64,000 nt of DNA from Ranitomeya imitator (lineage: Eukaryota): positions 892,180,001 to 892,244,000 of the forward strand of contig NC_091282.1 in NCBI RefSeq assembly GCF_032444005.1. Reading direction: 5' to 3'. The translations under genes and the position numbers were made by a program. Under the pieces are notes generated by a model. The model saw only the letters and a list, made by a program, of their open reading frames with translations, was not told where the DNA came from and did no database searches. Shown piece after piece: positions 36,640 to 49,414 of the stretch. Positions within the stretch are counted from its first letter, which is position 1. The number at the start of each line of letters is the position of its first letter.

Positions 36640-39600
36640 GCGAGCCAAGTACGTCGGAGGACGAACAGTCCTCCCTATTGTGATCGACGGCATCCTGATG
36701 AATGCTTTGTTGGACACTGGTTCTCAGGTGACGACTATGCCTTAAGTTCTCTATAAACGTTATTGGCGTGACACAGACATTACCCGTGGCCCAGATAACG
36801 ATTTAACAATAGTTGCCAGTAATGGTCAGCCTTTGCCACAGGTGGGGTACAAGGAGGTCACCATTAAGGTGGGGCAGGTAGAATTGAATGCCCAAGGACT
36901 GGTGATTGTTGATATTGACCGACGTGAATGTAACCCCATGATGACCATTGGTACTAATGTCATTGAAAATTGTCTTGCCGAGGTTATTGTCTTGTTACAA
37001 CAGGTGGTCGAAACTGCTGGTTCCAGTGAGCACAGAGTCCTGCAAAAAGAAATCAGAACCCTGGTGCATAGACAACAGGTAGAACTATCTGGTGGAGAAA
37101 TTAGATGTCACAGTGAGTGATCCGATCCCCATTGCAATATCCCCAGGAGTGAAATGTTAATATGGTGTCGGGCCTCTGAGGAAAAGACTACCAGGCCCTG
37201 GTAGAACTCATATATTCAGATGATAGACCCACAATCCTGACAGCCAGAGGTGGTGATTGTAGTCCGCAAGGGGAGGGTACCAGTACAAGTAAAAAGGATG
37301 GTACAATGAGGATGTGTGTTGATTATAGGCAGATAAACTGCAATACACATAAGGATGCATACCCATTGCCTAGAATCGAAGAGTCATTAGCTGCTTTAAA
37401 ATCTGCTAAATACTTTTCCACCTTGGATCTCACCAGTGGGTACTGGTAGGTTCCCGTGGGAGAGGTGGATAAAGAAAAGACGGCCTTCACAACACCGATG
37501 GGTCTCTCTGAATTCAACTACATGCCGTTCAGACTGTGCAATGCACCAGGAACATTTCAGAGGATGGAGTGCTGTCTCTGGAACAAGAATTTCGAAACAG
37601 TCTTGTTGAACCAGGACGATGTTATTGTCTTCTCTAAGACATATGAAGACCACAGGAAGAACCTGGCCGAGGTGTTCGAAGCTCTGCCCAACTTTGGCCT
37701 AAAGGTAAAACCATCCAAATGCCACCTGTTAAAGCCCAAAGTGCAGTATTTGGGCCATGTGGTAAGCGCCGAATGAGTGGCACCAGGCCCTGACAAGGTG
37801 ATTGTGATCAGGGACTGGCCGAAAACCTACAATATCCATGAAATCCAGCAGTCCCTCTGGTTGGTAGGCTACTATCGAAGGTTTATCAAAGACTTCACTA
37901 AAATAGCCACACCACTGCAAGACCTGTTAGTGGGCCAATCCAAGAAAACCAAGGGTAAGAATACCCCATTTGACTGGAACAGGCTGGAGGGATCCTTCAC
38001 TCGGTTGAAGTTGGCTCTCACAGGAGATGAGGTACTGGCCTACCATGTGTATGACCATCCGTTTGTGCTGTACATGGATGCCAGCAACATGGGACTGGGA
38101 GCCGTGTTGTCTCAGGTGCAGAAAGGCAAAAAAAGAGTAATTGCCTATGCCAGCATGAAGCTTCGTCCCACTGAAAGGAACCTCGAAAACTATAGTTCCT
38201 TCAAGCTAGAGTTCCTCGCCATAGTCTGGGCGGTAACGGAGTGGTTCAAACACTACCTGACCTCAGCAAGATTCAGTTATCATGGACAACAACCCACTGA
38301 CACACTTGGAGACGGCAAAACTAGGTTCCTTGGAGCAGCGATAGATGGCCCGGTTGCCCAACTATGAGTTCACCATAAAGTACCGTGCAGAGCACAAGAA
38401 TGCAAATGCAGATGTGCGCTGTCCAGGATGCCCAAGTTACCAGAGGTGGAAGAAGATCCGGAAGCACTTGAAAAGATTGACTCAATATTCCCATTATGTG
38501 AGAAACAGGCGTAATGACAAGCAAGAAGCTACGCTAAACCCACTGCCTCACCATGGATGGGCGGAGACGCAGGATAGTGACCCAGCAGCAGGGGCGTAAC
38601 TACCACGGTCGCAGCAGTCGCCATTGCGACTGGGCCCGGGGTAGTCAGGGGCCCCAGCAGGTCAGATGCACGCCGACACCAGCAAAAAGATAAAAACTGT
38701 TGCCGTGCAGGTGATTCGTCCCGCACGGCAACAGACAGACCTGCCCTCCACTTGACCTGCCGGGCGCACACATCAGATCAGCAGCCGACGCCTGATCTGA
38801 AAGGAAGAGCTGAAGATCCTGTGGTGACGTCATCACTATCCTAGGTCTTTCACCATTTATCAGCTCCGCCACATGATCACATGACGATGACATCACCACA
38901 GGTCCTTCGGCTCTCAGCAGCTCCGTCCTGGTTGTGTGCAGCTCGTGTTCTCTGGTATCAACCAGCAGCAGATTTCCGGTTCCTGCTGTTCTGGTGAGAT
39001 GTGGAGATGGATGGGGTAGAATGCGGAGATGGATGGGGCAGAATGCGGAGTCGGATGGGGCAGAATGCGGAGTCGGATGGGGCAGAATGCGGAGTCGGAT
39101 GGGGCAGAATGCGGAGTCGGATGGGGCAGAATGCGGAGTCGGATGGGGCAGAATGCGGAGTCGGATGGGGCAGGAACATGGGCAGGATGTGGATTTGGGT
39201 GGAAAATGTTTTGGTGGGGGGGCCCCATTTGAAAGTTCGCACCGGGGGACATAACTTTGTAGTTACGCCACTGCCCAGCAGTCTGGTAAAAGAGCTGCTG
39301 ACGCAAGCAGATTCACACTCTGGTCCAGATGATCCACAAGAGACTCAACAGCTGTGGAAGGAGAAGGACAAATTGTTTATCTATGACGGTAAGCTGTGCC
39401 GGAGGAACATTGACCCACGCACTCACGAGTTGGTCTGCAGATAGTGGTCCCAAGACTAGATGCGCTAATGGTTCTGAAAGCGTACCATGATGGAGCAGGA
39501 CACTTTGGATGGAAGACGTTAGAGATCCTACTCCGCGGAAGGTTCTACTGGATGGGCATGAGAAAAGCCATTGAAAAGTGGTGCCGAGATTGAGGCCCAT

Positions 39601-40598
39601 GCAACCTGCGCAGAAAGGACCGTGACAGCCAGAGGGCTCCCCTACAGCCCATAATCACCAAACAGCCACTTGAACTGGTGGCCTTAGACCACGTGAAGCT
39701 AACTCCAAGCTGGTCAGGCTATGTCTATGCTCTCACCATTGTGGACCATTACTCCAGATTCCTAATAGTAGTAGTACCTGTCAAGGAGCAGACAGCAAAG
39801 ACGGCAGCCAAAGCCTTCCAACAACACTTTTGTTGACCACACAGATACCCTGATAAGGTACTCACCGATCAAGGCCCAGCCTTTGAAGCGTAAGTGTTCC
39901 AGGAGTTCTGCAACCTGTACGGATGCAAGAAGATAAGGACAACCCCATACCACCCACAAACAAATGGCATGTGTGAAAAGATGAATCAAATAGTAATTGG
40001 CTTACTAAAGACCTTGCCTTTACACGAAAGAAACTTATGGCCAGAGAAGGTGCCAGACTTGGTAGATCTGTACAATCACATCCCAGTGAATTCCACCAAC
40101 TGCACTCCAGCCTACCTGATGAGAGGAAGATCTAGCAAATTACCTGTTGATCTTGATATGGGAGTCCTCACACCAGAAACTACCTCACCAGATGAAGATT
40201 GGGATAATGAGCGAAAACAGAAATACCGCCAAGTACAAGAATGTGTGGAAAGAACCTTGTCCCAGGCGAGACAAAAACAAAAGAAAAACTACAATCAACG
40301 TGCCCCTGCAATTCCCTTGTCACCAGGTGAACAAGTTCTAAAGCGTAAAATGAGAATGCACAAACTCGATGACCAGTGGGAAGCAGAACCATATACCATC
40401 TTACCATCAAACTTTGACAACACTAAAGTCTGTCTAATAAGCAAAGATGGAGGAGAAACTTCAACTGCGGTATCCAGAGATCATCTTAAAGTATGCCCTG
40501 ATAAACTAAGAGACAAGGAAAAAGACCCCATTACTTCTCAACTTACAGAAGAAGAAAAGAAAATCCATACTGTTCTTGGAGATTTTCCCCAGTTTTAG
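36640..40598 (+). pseudogene. Gypsy pol (PR-RT-RH-IN) with stops and frameshifts
   Basis: LLDTGS; CVDYR, LPRI, TAFTTP, MPFRL, NQDD (decayed YLDD); MDASN; GHFG...CxxC, LDH, TDQG, PYHPQTNG. Confidence 0.93.
38589..39273. mobile_element. hAT non-autonomous element inside pol, with a 22-bp minisatellite (ggatggggcagaatgcggagtc)n at ~39010-39175
   Basis: TIRs caggggcgtaacta / tagttacgccactg; perfect 8-bp TSD cccagcag. Confidence 0.9.
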
Positions 40599-43519
40599 AC
40601 TACAGTACACCGAGCCATAGTAATACCTGTCTTGACTTTTCCCCAGTTGGAAATACCAGAAGAAGTGACTCAGAACCATCCTGAAACAGAAGAGACTTTA
40701 CACCAGCGGGCTCAAGCAGCAAACCTCACCCCAGGAGTCGAACCAGAGAATCCACCGTTTGCGATCGGTGAATGTCAGACCTATGGTGAATGTAAGAAGT
40801 CGCAGACAGTTACCTAGTTTACCTATACAGTGCAGGCCTACAAGTAGTACAGGAACTAGTGGGTACACGACAGCTACAGCAAACATATTAGACCAGGAAC
40901 TACGTAGGTCTATTCGTAGCACCAGGGGTCAAATCCAAGCCCGTTACAGGGACTAAAAATATCAATAATTGGTGTTACCTGTTTGAAGTGTTTGCATATA
41001 CTGCATTTGTTACAGGTTTAAAATGGACAAAGGGGTAATGGACAGTGAACTGCCCAAAAACTGTTTTTTGTACATAGTTGGCACCCTCAGGGTGCACCCT
41101 GGTACTACCCACTTTGCCGGTGTGGGTAGGGCCTTGTTTCTTCAGACCTGAAACTAAAACCATCTGGCGTGGCGAACACCGGGTCTGGATATGCCTTGTA
41201 GCCCGCCCAAGACCTACGTTGGGGGTTTATGATGGGTCCCTCACTTTGGTACTGTTTATATGAACAAGGACACCCTGGTATAAGACCAGTTGTACATTTA
41301 TAAAATGTTTATTTGCAACGTTCAAGCCAAAATTGCCCCCCGTAAGGGAAGAAAAAGTTATTAACCTGTTGAAATGTATCTGAAAATTTTTTTGCACCGT
41401 GTAACCTGTTGTTTGTTTCCTTTTCCCTGTCCAGGAGTACTGGATTTAACAGGGGGGAGGAACGTGGCATCCCAGGAGTTCGGGTATCACAGTAGTGCTG
41501 CTTTCCTCTTGGGGAGGGTAGTGCTATGCCTGGGGACAAGAGAGATCCCCTTGGCAGGTAATCTCACACACAACACCTTCTGAATACAGGCCAGGAGAGG
41601 GAGCTCAAAACCCGGTTGTAGGGCAGCTTCCCTGAATAAAGATTCTGGTCTGGAGGAGGAGTTAAGTCAGTCGAGTTCAGTGTACTGTAGTCGGAGAGTG
41701 GACAGACAGGAGAGGAGCACAGTAAAAAGGCAGAAAGGCTCAGAGGGAAACTGCTACCGGGCACCCTCAGAGCCGGAGCGCAGAGGCCGGGCACTGTGAG
41801 GTCGTGGGAGTCTATAAGTCGCACGACAGAACTGGAGTGCATAGGATTATACGTAAATTGCCCATTTTAAGCCTTTGGTACAGCAGCATTCTGGAGCCTG
41901 GAGTCACCGTGCAGAGACCTCAGAAGGAACGGCTCATGCTGCCTACCATACAGGTACTGTCCCAGGACAGGAAAGAACGAGGACCTTGTTAGGATACTTC
42001 AGGCAACAAGGGTCTAATAGTGAGCGCAAAGTGGAAGGCTCCCAACCTGACCTCCAAAGGGGACTTCTTGTTTCCAGGCTGCCCGGACTCCTTTTGTACC
42101 TGTTGCCGGTGCCCTGGACTGTGGCCTGCTACCAACAGTAAACCAGGTAAAGACTGCAACCTTGAGTCCTCTGTTATTTACCGGCAACACATCATCTCTG
42201 CCATATACCTTGGGAGCCCTGGGGACCCCGCTTCATCTGTGGGAAGCGTCACTATCCAGCTGCCATACCATCACCCCAGAGGACCCCTTTAACTGGCGTC
42301 TGTCCCTACTGACCGAGAATCACAAGTAGCGTCACGAAAATAGACTTTCACAATACCCCTTAAAAGACCGTTCCCTTTTATTTGAGTCCCAGGGCCACGG
42401 ACCGGGTCGCAGCCACCGTGGCATCCCCTTTAAGAGCGACCGGACCCGGTACCGAGTACCCCACTGCCCTGGTGGGCGACTCAGAGACCTACACCAAACT
42501 GACCGTCATAATACATAGAATACTAGATATTATTTTAGTTACCATATTTTTTGGACTATGCCACACCTTACCGATGCGTAGCTAGGGGTTCAGCTCCAGG
42601 GAAGGGGGGAGAAGCATCTGAGTGGGCCCCTAACAGGCGGACATATCATTGGTGCAACCTGTACGGCCTCACAAGGGTGCAACCTGTGCGGCCTCACAAG
42701 GGCGCAAGAGATAAGGGGACTCTTTTCACCTCCAAAAGAAGTGCAATTTTGCATTTTTAGGAGCTCTTGGGCTGCAAACTGCCCATATATTGTTTTTGCA
42801 CAGGGGCCCTTTTCCGTCTGTCCCCTGACCAGGTAACCATGATTATAACTACGGTGGGTATAGGGGAACCTTTAGGAGATGCCTGCACTGTTATTGAAAA
42901 TAAACCTCCTATACGAAGACCAGCACTGATATTACTACCCGATGGTGACATATAGTGGTAGATGCCAGTCCTACAGAACATATAGAGATTACATTACAGA
43001 TACAGATGGTGACTTACAGATGTTCTTTCTGGTGGAGTCGTTTTCACGTCTTTTCCATCTGTCTCAGACTGAGATGACAACTTCTCCAGCCTGGACTCAT
43101 CTGTAGACAAAGACATATTTGACTTCTAACATTTCCAGCACCATTCACATCTATTCCCAACTTGCACAAACCTCCTAATCCTGCTGATACCCCAATACTG
43201 AGCTAATGCTGCTGTATGTGTCCCTATTTTGCACTTGCTGTTTGGCACAATAACAGCGCCTCTTAGTGCCCCACATAGTGAGTCCACCACTGTGCCCCTT
43301 ACGTAGTAATAATGCCTCCTTTGTGTTCTGTAGATGTAAAAAGTGCCCCTTAGAAAATATTAATGTCCTGTGCATGTGCCCTCCACGTTTTGTCAGTAGA
43401 AAGTAAAAATACCCAATGTGCAACTTTGATGGTCACAATACCGAGTGGCCCTATACCAAAAATGCTTAAATGCCCAGTTAACATTTAGTAATCTTTCCTG
43501 AGTTCCCCACGTAGAGCAT

Positions 43520-43900
43520 AGCTCCACTATACCCAGTATAGTGGGCCCACAGCTACTCTATACACCATATGATGATCCCACAGCTCCCCTATACACAGCA
43601 TTATGGGCCTATAGCTCAACTATACACAATATAATGCCCCCAGAGCTACCCTATACACAGTATATTAAGCCAACGCCTCCCATATACACAGTGTAATGCC
43701 CCCACAGCTTCCTTATACACAGTATGATGGGCCCACAGCTCTACTATGCACAACATTATGGATCCACAGCTCCCCTATACACAGTGTAATTCCCCAATAG
43801 CTTCCTTATACACAGAATTATGGGCCCACAGCTCTCCTACATATAATGCGATGTCCCCCAGAGTTATCCTATACATTTAATGATGTCCCCACTGCTCCCC
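43520..43900. repeat. Degenerate ~36-bp minisatellite (cacagctcccctatacacagtatgatgggcc)
   Basis: Repeated units visible; probably internal to a MITE. Confidence 0.7.
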
Positions 43901-45720
43901 CAAATCACAAATAGCCAAAAAATGGAGTTCCATACATTATAGTAAAATCAATAGAAAAAATACTTTATTGCACATGAAAAAATATACAAAATAATTCAAA
44001 ATTGTATAAATAGAATACAACAAGGAAAAAAGACCCTAGTAAACCACACATAGGTCCGAGGCATAGAAAAATATATTCATCATAAATATCATCATGGTAC
44101 TAATGCTAAAGTACTACTGATTTGTGCAGTTAATTATGGTGTCAGCCCTATGTATTGGTAACAGGCTTTGAATTTAATCCCATAATATAAAGCACCACAT
44201 AAATCTGCACTCTTCATATTAAGTCTCCATAATGGCAAAGTGCCATCCCCGCAAGGAATAAATACATGAAAGAGACAAAGTGTCACCAGTTGCAAAGTTG
44301 CTTACCCATGATCAGAGTGACTTGATGCCCGGGACTCCAGTCCACCCCCTAACGTGCATTTCACGTAGGCTTTCTCAAAGAGGGAATGAATAGAGCTCCC
44401 CAGGTCTGGCGTTTTATAGCCACATTCATTTCACAGCGTGTCATTAGTGCGCACGCGCACCCCCATTACCGCCGGAAGTAGATTCCCGCTCCCCGGCATT
44501 CACCAGGAGTGCACGTCAAGGGGAAATCCCCTGTTGATGTCAAGATGACGTGCGCGCCTATAACTCTGAAGCTGGAGACACAAGGACTCTACAACAGGTG
44601 TGGGGCGCGTGCGCAAAACAGCCATGTGAATAGTAGAAACCCTAATGACCAAAAAGGATATGTAGATGGTAATTAAGGCATTTAAAGCCTGGAAAAACAA
44701 ATAAATAGAAGGAAAAATCAATGATTAATACCATGATGAGTTAGAATTATATCATATAAAGTGCAAAAGTGCTGATCAAAGTGCAAAAATAGTGCTGTGA
44801 AAAAACCTCTGTGATAATATAATAAACATATTACAACAGTGCATCAACAATTCTATATATATAAAAATGATTATGAGAACATACAATACGTGTATATTGA
44901 TGCTTACTAATACTGAAACAGTATTGTGCTAAATAAAATGGTGTAATAAACACTGAATATCATCATATCATCATGACATACTAAAATCACCATGTTTTTC
45001 ACAACGTTTTCTTGACAAAAACATAAATTCATATATTCCTCCTTCAAATGAATTTCCACCATCTTCAATTTATGGAAATGGAAAAACTCAATCTAGGGGT
45101 ATGAAAATAATGTAAATTAAAAAAAAAAAACACAAATCAAAAATGAAATTTATTAACATGAAAAAATTAAAATCGATAAAAATTGAGTTTACAAGAATTG
45201 TTACCACTGCTAGCACAAAAAGGAGGGCACGGGAGAACAAGGGCCCTCACAAGAAAGGGGCAAAACTTAATCTCTCATTTAATCCAACAGGGGACATAGT
45301 CCAGGGCCACAATCCATCTACATTCTACCTGTGCCAACAACCGTTTGACGTTCCCTCCTCTGTTACCACCATGTACCTGATCAATTCCAATAATCCGAAG
45401 ACCCCTGGGATCACATCCATGAAAAGTATGGAAATGTTTTGGGATGGTTTTAAGGGTGCTGACGTCCTCAACCTTACGTGAATTTATGATGTCCCTTATG
45501 TGTTCCCTGACACGAACGTGAAGCTGACACGACGTGAGCCCTACATAAATTTTGGAGCAAGGACATGTGGCCAGATATATTACAAATGTACTACTGCAAT
45601 ATATGTGATGTTGAATCTGAAATTTCATCTTTGCATTAGATGACATGAAATGATTAAATTCTTTTCTTTGCAAGCCAAGCAATCCCCACAGGGGTAACAC
45701 CCCCAAGTTGGTCCTCTATT
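43900..45720 (-). mobile_element. Penelope-like element 3' part: GIY-YIG endonuclease remnant plus pseudo-LTR region
   Basis: ORF 45275-45706 has CSSTFVIYLATCPCSKIYVGLT...VREH and ECRWI; hammerhead-like motif downstream. Left boundary approximate. Confidence 0.85.
44345..44384 (-). ncRNA. Degenerate hammerhead-like motif (U3-A8 variant core)
   Basis: ccctct-TTGAGAA-agcctacgt-GAAA-tgcacGTT-aggggg; stem I can pair, stems II and III are damaged. Confidence 0.4.
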
Positions 45721-48717
45721 AGTGGGATTAAGGGGATTCGTAGTCTTAGCCACATAGTGGCTTTTCACTAATAGGTCCTTAACCCCTTCATGACCCAGCC
45801 TATTTTGACCTTAAAGACCTTGCCATTTTTTGCAATTCTGACCAGTGTCCCTTCATGAGGTAATAACTCAGGAACGCTTCAATGGATCCTAGCGGTTCTG
45901 AGATTGTTTTTTCGTGACATATTGGGCTTCATGTTAGTGGTAAATTTAGGTCAATAAATTCTGTGTTTATTTGTGATAACGGAAATTTGGCAAAAATTTT
46001 GAAAATTTCGCAAGTTTCACATTTTGAATTTTTATTCTGTTAAACCAGAGAGTTATGTGACACAAAATAGTTAATAAATAACATTTCCCACACGTCTACT
46101 TTATATCAGCACAATTTTGGAAATAAAATTTTTTTTTGCTAGGAAGTTATAAGGGTTAAAATTTGACCAGCGATTTGTCATTTTTACAACGAAATTTACA
46201 AAACCATTTTTTTTAGGGACCACCTCACATTTGAAGTCAGTTTGAGGTGTCTATATGGCTGAAAATACCCAAAAGTGACACCATTCTAAAAACTGCACCC
46301 CTCAAGGTGCACAAAACCACATTCAAGAAGTTTATTAACCCTTCAGGTGCTTCACAGCAGCAGAAGCAACATGGAAGGTAAAAATGAACATTTAACTTTT
46401 TAGTCACAAAAATGATTTTTCAGCAACAATTTTTTTATTTTCCCAATGGTAAAAGGAAAAACTGAACCACGTAAGTTGTTGTCCAATTTGTCCTGAGTAC
46501 GCTGATACCTCATATGTGGGGGTAAACCACTGTTTGGGCACACGGCAGGGCTTGGAAGGGAAGGAGCGCCATTTGACTTTTTGAATGAAAAATTGGCTGC
46601 ACACCATGTCACATTTGGAGAGCCCCCATGTGCCTAAAAATTGGAGCTCCCCACAAGTGACCCCATTTTGGAAACTAGACGCCCCAAGGAACTTATCTAG
46701 ATGCATAGTGAACCCTTTAAACCCCCAGGTGCTTCACAAATTGATCCGTAAAAATGAAAAAGTACTTTTTTTTCACAAAAAATTTCTTTTCGCCTCAATT
46801 TTTTCATTTTCACATGGACAACAGGATAAAATGGATCCTAAAATTTGTTTGGCAATTTCTCCTGAGTACACCGATACCTCACATGTGGGGGTAAACCACT
46901 GTTTGGGCACATGGTAAGGCTCGGAAGGGAAGGAGCGCCATTTGACTTTTTGAATGAAAAATTATCTCCATCGTTAGCGGACACCATGTCGCGTTTGGAG
47001 AGACCCTGTGTGCTTAAACATTGGAGCTCCCCCACAAGTGACCCCATTTTGGAAACTGGACCCCCCAAGGAACTTATCTAGATGCCTAGTGAGCACTTTA
47101 AACCCTCAGGTGCTTCACAAATTGATCCGTAAAAATGAAAAAGTACTTTTTTTTCACAAAAAATTTCTTTTCGCCTCAATTTTTTCATTTTCACATGGGC
47201 AATAGGATAAAATGGATCCTAAAATTTGTTGAGCAATTTCTCCCGAGTACGCCGATACCTCATATGTGGGGGTAAACCACTGTTTGGGCACACGGCAGGG
47301 CTCGGAAGGGAAGGCGCGCCTTTTAACTTTTTGAATGGAAAATTCGCTCCAATTGTTAGCGGACACCATGTCGCATTTGGAGAGCCCCTGTGTGCCTATG
47401 CAATGGAGCTCCCCCACAAGTGACCCCATTTTGGAAACTAGACCCCCCAAGGAACTTATCTAGATGCATACTGAGCACTTTAAACCCCCAGGTGCTTCAC
47501 AGAAGGTTATAATGCAGAGCCATGAAAATAAAAAATAATTTTTCTTTTCTCAAAAAAGATTTTTTAGCCTGGAATTTCCTATTTTGCCAATGGTAATAGG
47601 AGAAATTGGACTACAAATGTTGTTGTCCAGTTTGTCCTGAGTATGCAGATACCCCATATGTGGGGGTAAACCACTGTTTGGGCGCACGGCAGGGCTCAGA
47701 AGGGAAGGCACGCCATTTGGCTTTTTAAATGGAAAATTATCTCCAATCATTAGCGGACACCATGTCGCGTTTGGAGAGCCCCTGTGTGCCTAAACATTGG
47801 AGATCCCCCACAAATTACCCCATTTTGGAAACTAGACCCCCAAAGGAACTAATCTAGATGTGTAGTGAGCACTTTGAACCCTCAAGTGCTTCACAGAAGT
47901 TTATAACGCAGAGCCATGAAAATAAAATAAAAAAATTATTTTCTCAAAAATGATTTTTTAGCCCGCAATTTTTTATTTTCCCAAGGGTAACAGGAGAAAT
48001 TTGACCCCAAAAGTTGTTGTCCAGTTTCTCCTGAGTACGCTGATACCCCATATGTGGGGGTAAACCACTGTTTAGGCACATGCTGGGGCTCGGAAGTGAA
48101 GTAGTGACGTTTTGAAATGCAGACTTTGATGGAATGCTCTGCGGGCGTCACGTTGCGTTTGCAGAGCCCCTGATGTGGCTAAACAGTAGAAACCCCCCAC
48201 AAGTGTCCCCATTTTGGAAACTAGACCCCGAAAGGAACTTATCTAGATGTGAGGTGAGCACTTTGAACCCCCAAGTGCTTCACAGAAGTTCATAACACAG
48301 AGCAGTGAAAATAATAAATACGTTTTCTTTCCTCAAAAATGATGTTTTAGCAAGCAATTTTTTATTTTCTCAAAATTAGCAGGAGAAATTGGACCCCAGC
48401 AATTGTTGCGCAGTTTGTCCTGAGTATGCTGGTACCCCATATGTGGGGGTAAACCACTGTTTGGGCACACGTCGGGGTTCGGAAGTGAGGGAGCACCATT
48501 TGAATTTTTGAATACAAGATTGGCTGGAATCAATGGTGGCGCCATGTTGCGTTTGGAGACCCCCTGAAGTGCCTAAACAGTGGAAACCCCTCAATTCTAA
48601 CTCCAACACACCCCTAACCCTTATCCCAACTGTAGCCGTAACCCTAATCACAACCCTAACCCCAACACACCCCTAACCCTAACCACAACCCTAATTCCAA
48701 CCCAACCCTAACCCTAA

Positions 48718-49061
48718 GGCTATGTGCCAACGTTGCGGATTCGTATGAGATTTTTCAGCATCATTTTTGAAAAATCCGCGGGTAAAAGGCACTGCGTTTT
48801 ACCTGTGGATTTACCGTGGATTTCCAGTGTTTTTTGTGCGGATTTCACCTGTGGATTCTTATTGAGGAACAGGTGTAAAACGCTGCGGAATCCGCACAAA
48901 GAATTGGCATGCTGCAGAAAATACAACGCAGCGTTCCCGCACGGTATTTTCCGCACCATGGGCACAGCGGATTTGGTTTTCCATATGTTTACATGGTACT
49001 GTAAAGCTGATGGAACACTGCTGCGGATCCGCAGCCAAATCCGCACCGTGTGCACATAGCC
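48718..49061. mobile_element. Harbinger-type MITE (family of 5890-6229)
   Basis: ggctatgtgcca / tgcacatagcc TIRs with TAA TSD. Confidence 0.8.
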
Positions 49062-49070
49062 TAATTCTAA

Positions 49071-49414
49071 AGGTATGTGCACACGCTGCGGAAAACGCTG
49101 CGGATCCGCAGCAGTTTCCCATGAGTTTACAGTTCAATGTGAACCTATGGGAACCAAAAATCGCTGTACACATGCTGCGGAAAAACTGCACGGAAACGCA
49201 GCGGTTTACATTCCGCAGCATGTCACTTCTTTCTGCGGATTCCGCAGCGGTTTTACAACTGCTCCAATAGAAAATCGCAGTTGTAAAACCGCAGTGAAAT
49301 GCGCAGAAAAACCGCGGTAAATCCACAATAAATCGGCAGCGGTTTAGCACTGCGGATTTATCAAATCCGCTGCGGAAAAATCCGCATAGGACCAGAATAT
49401 GTGTGCACATTCCT
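49071..49414. mobile_element. Harbinger-type MITE
   Basis: aggtatgtgcacac / gtgtgcacattcct TIRs, preceded by TAA. Confidence 0.75.

Larger units (their letters stand above)
33253..42483 (+). mobile_element. Ty3/Gypsy provirus with two LTRs; gag-pol disrupted
   Basis: 5' LTR 33253-34275, PBS 34281-34299, gag with CCHC knuckle, protease DTG, RT, RNase H, integrase, PPT 41451-41462, 3' LTR 41463-42483. Confidence 0.95.

Noticed and set aside
38914-39444. Repetitive ORFs (PHPTPHSAPSDSAF / GWGRMRS) and spaced repeats resembling an array
   Set aside because: Translation of a 22-bp minisatellite inside a hAT MITE; no unique spacers, so not CRISPR.
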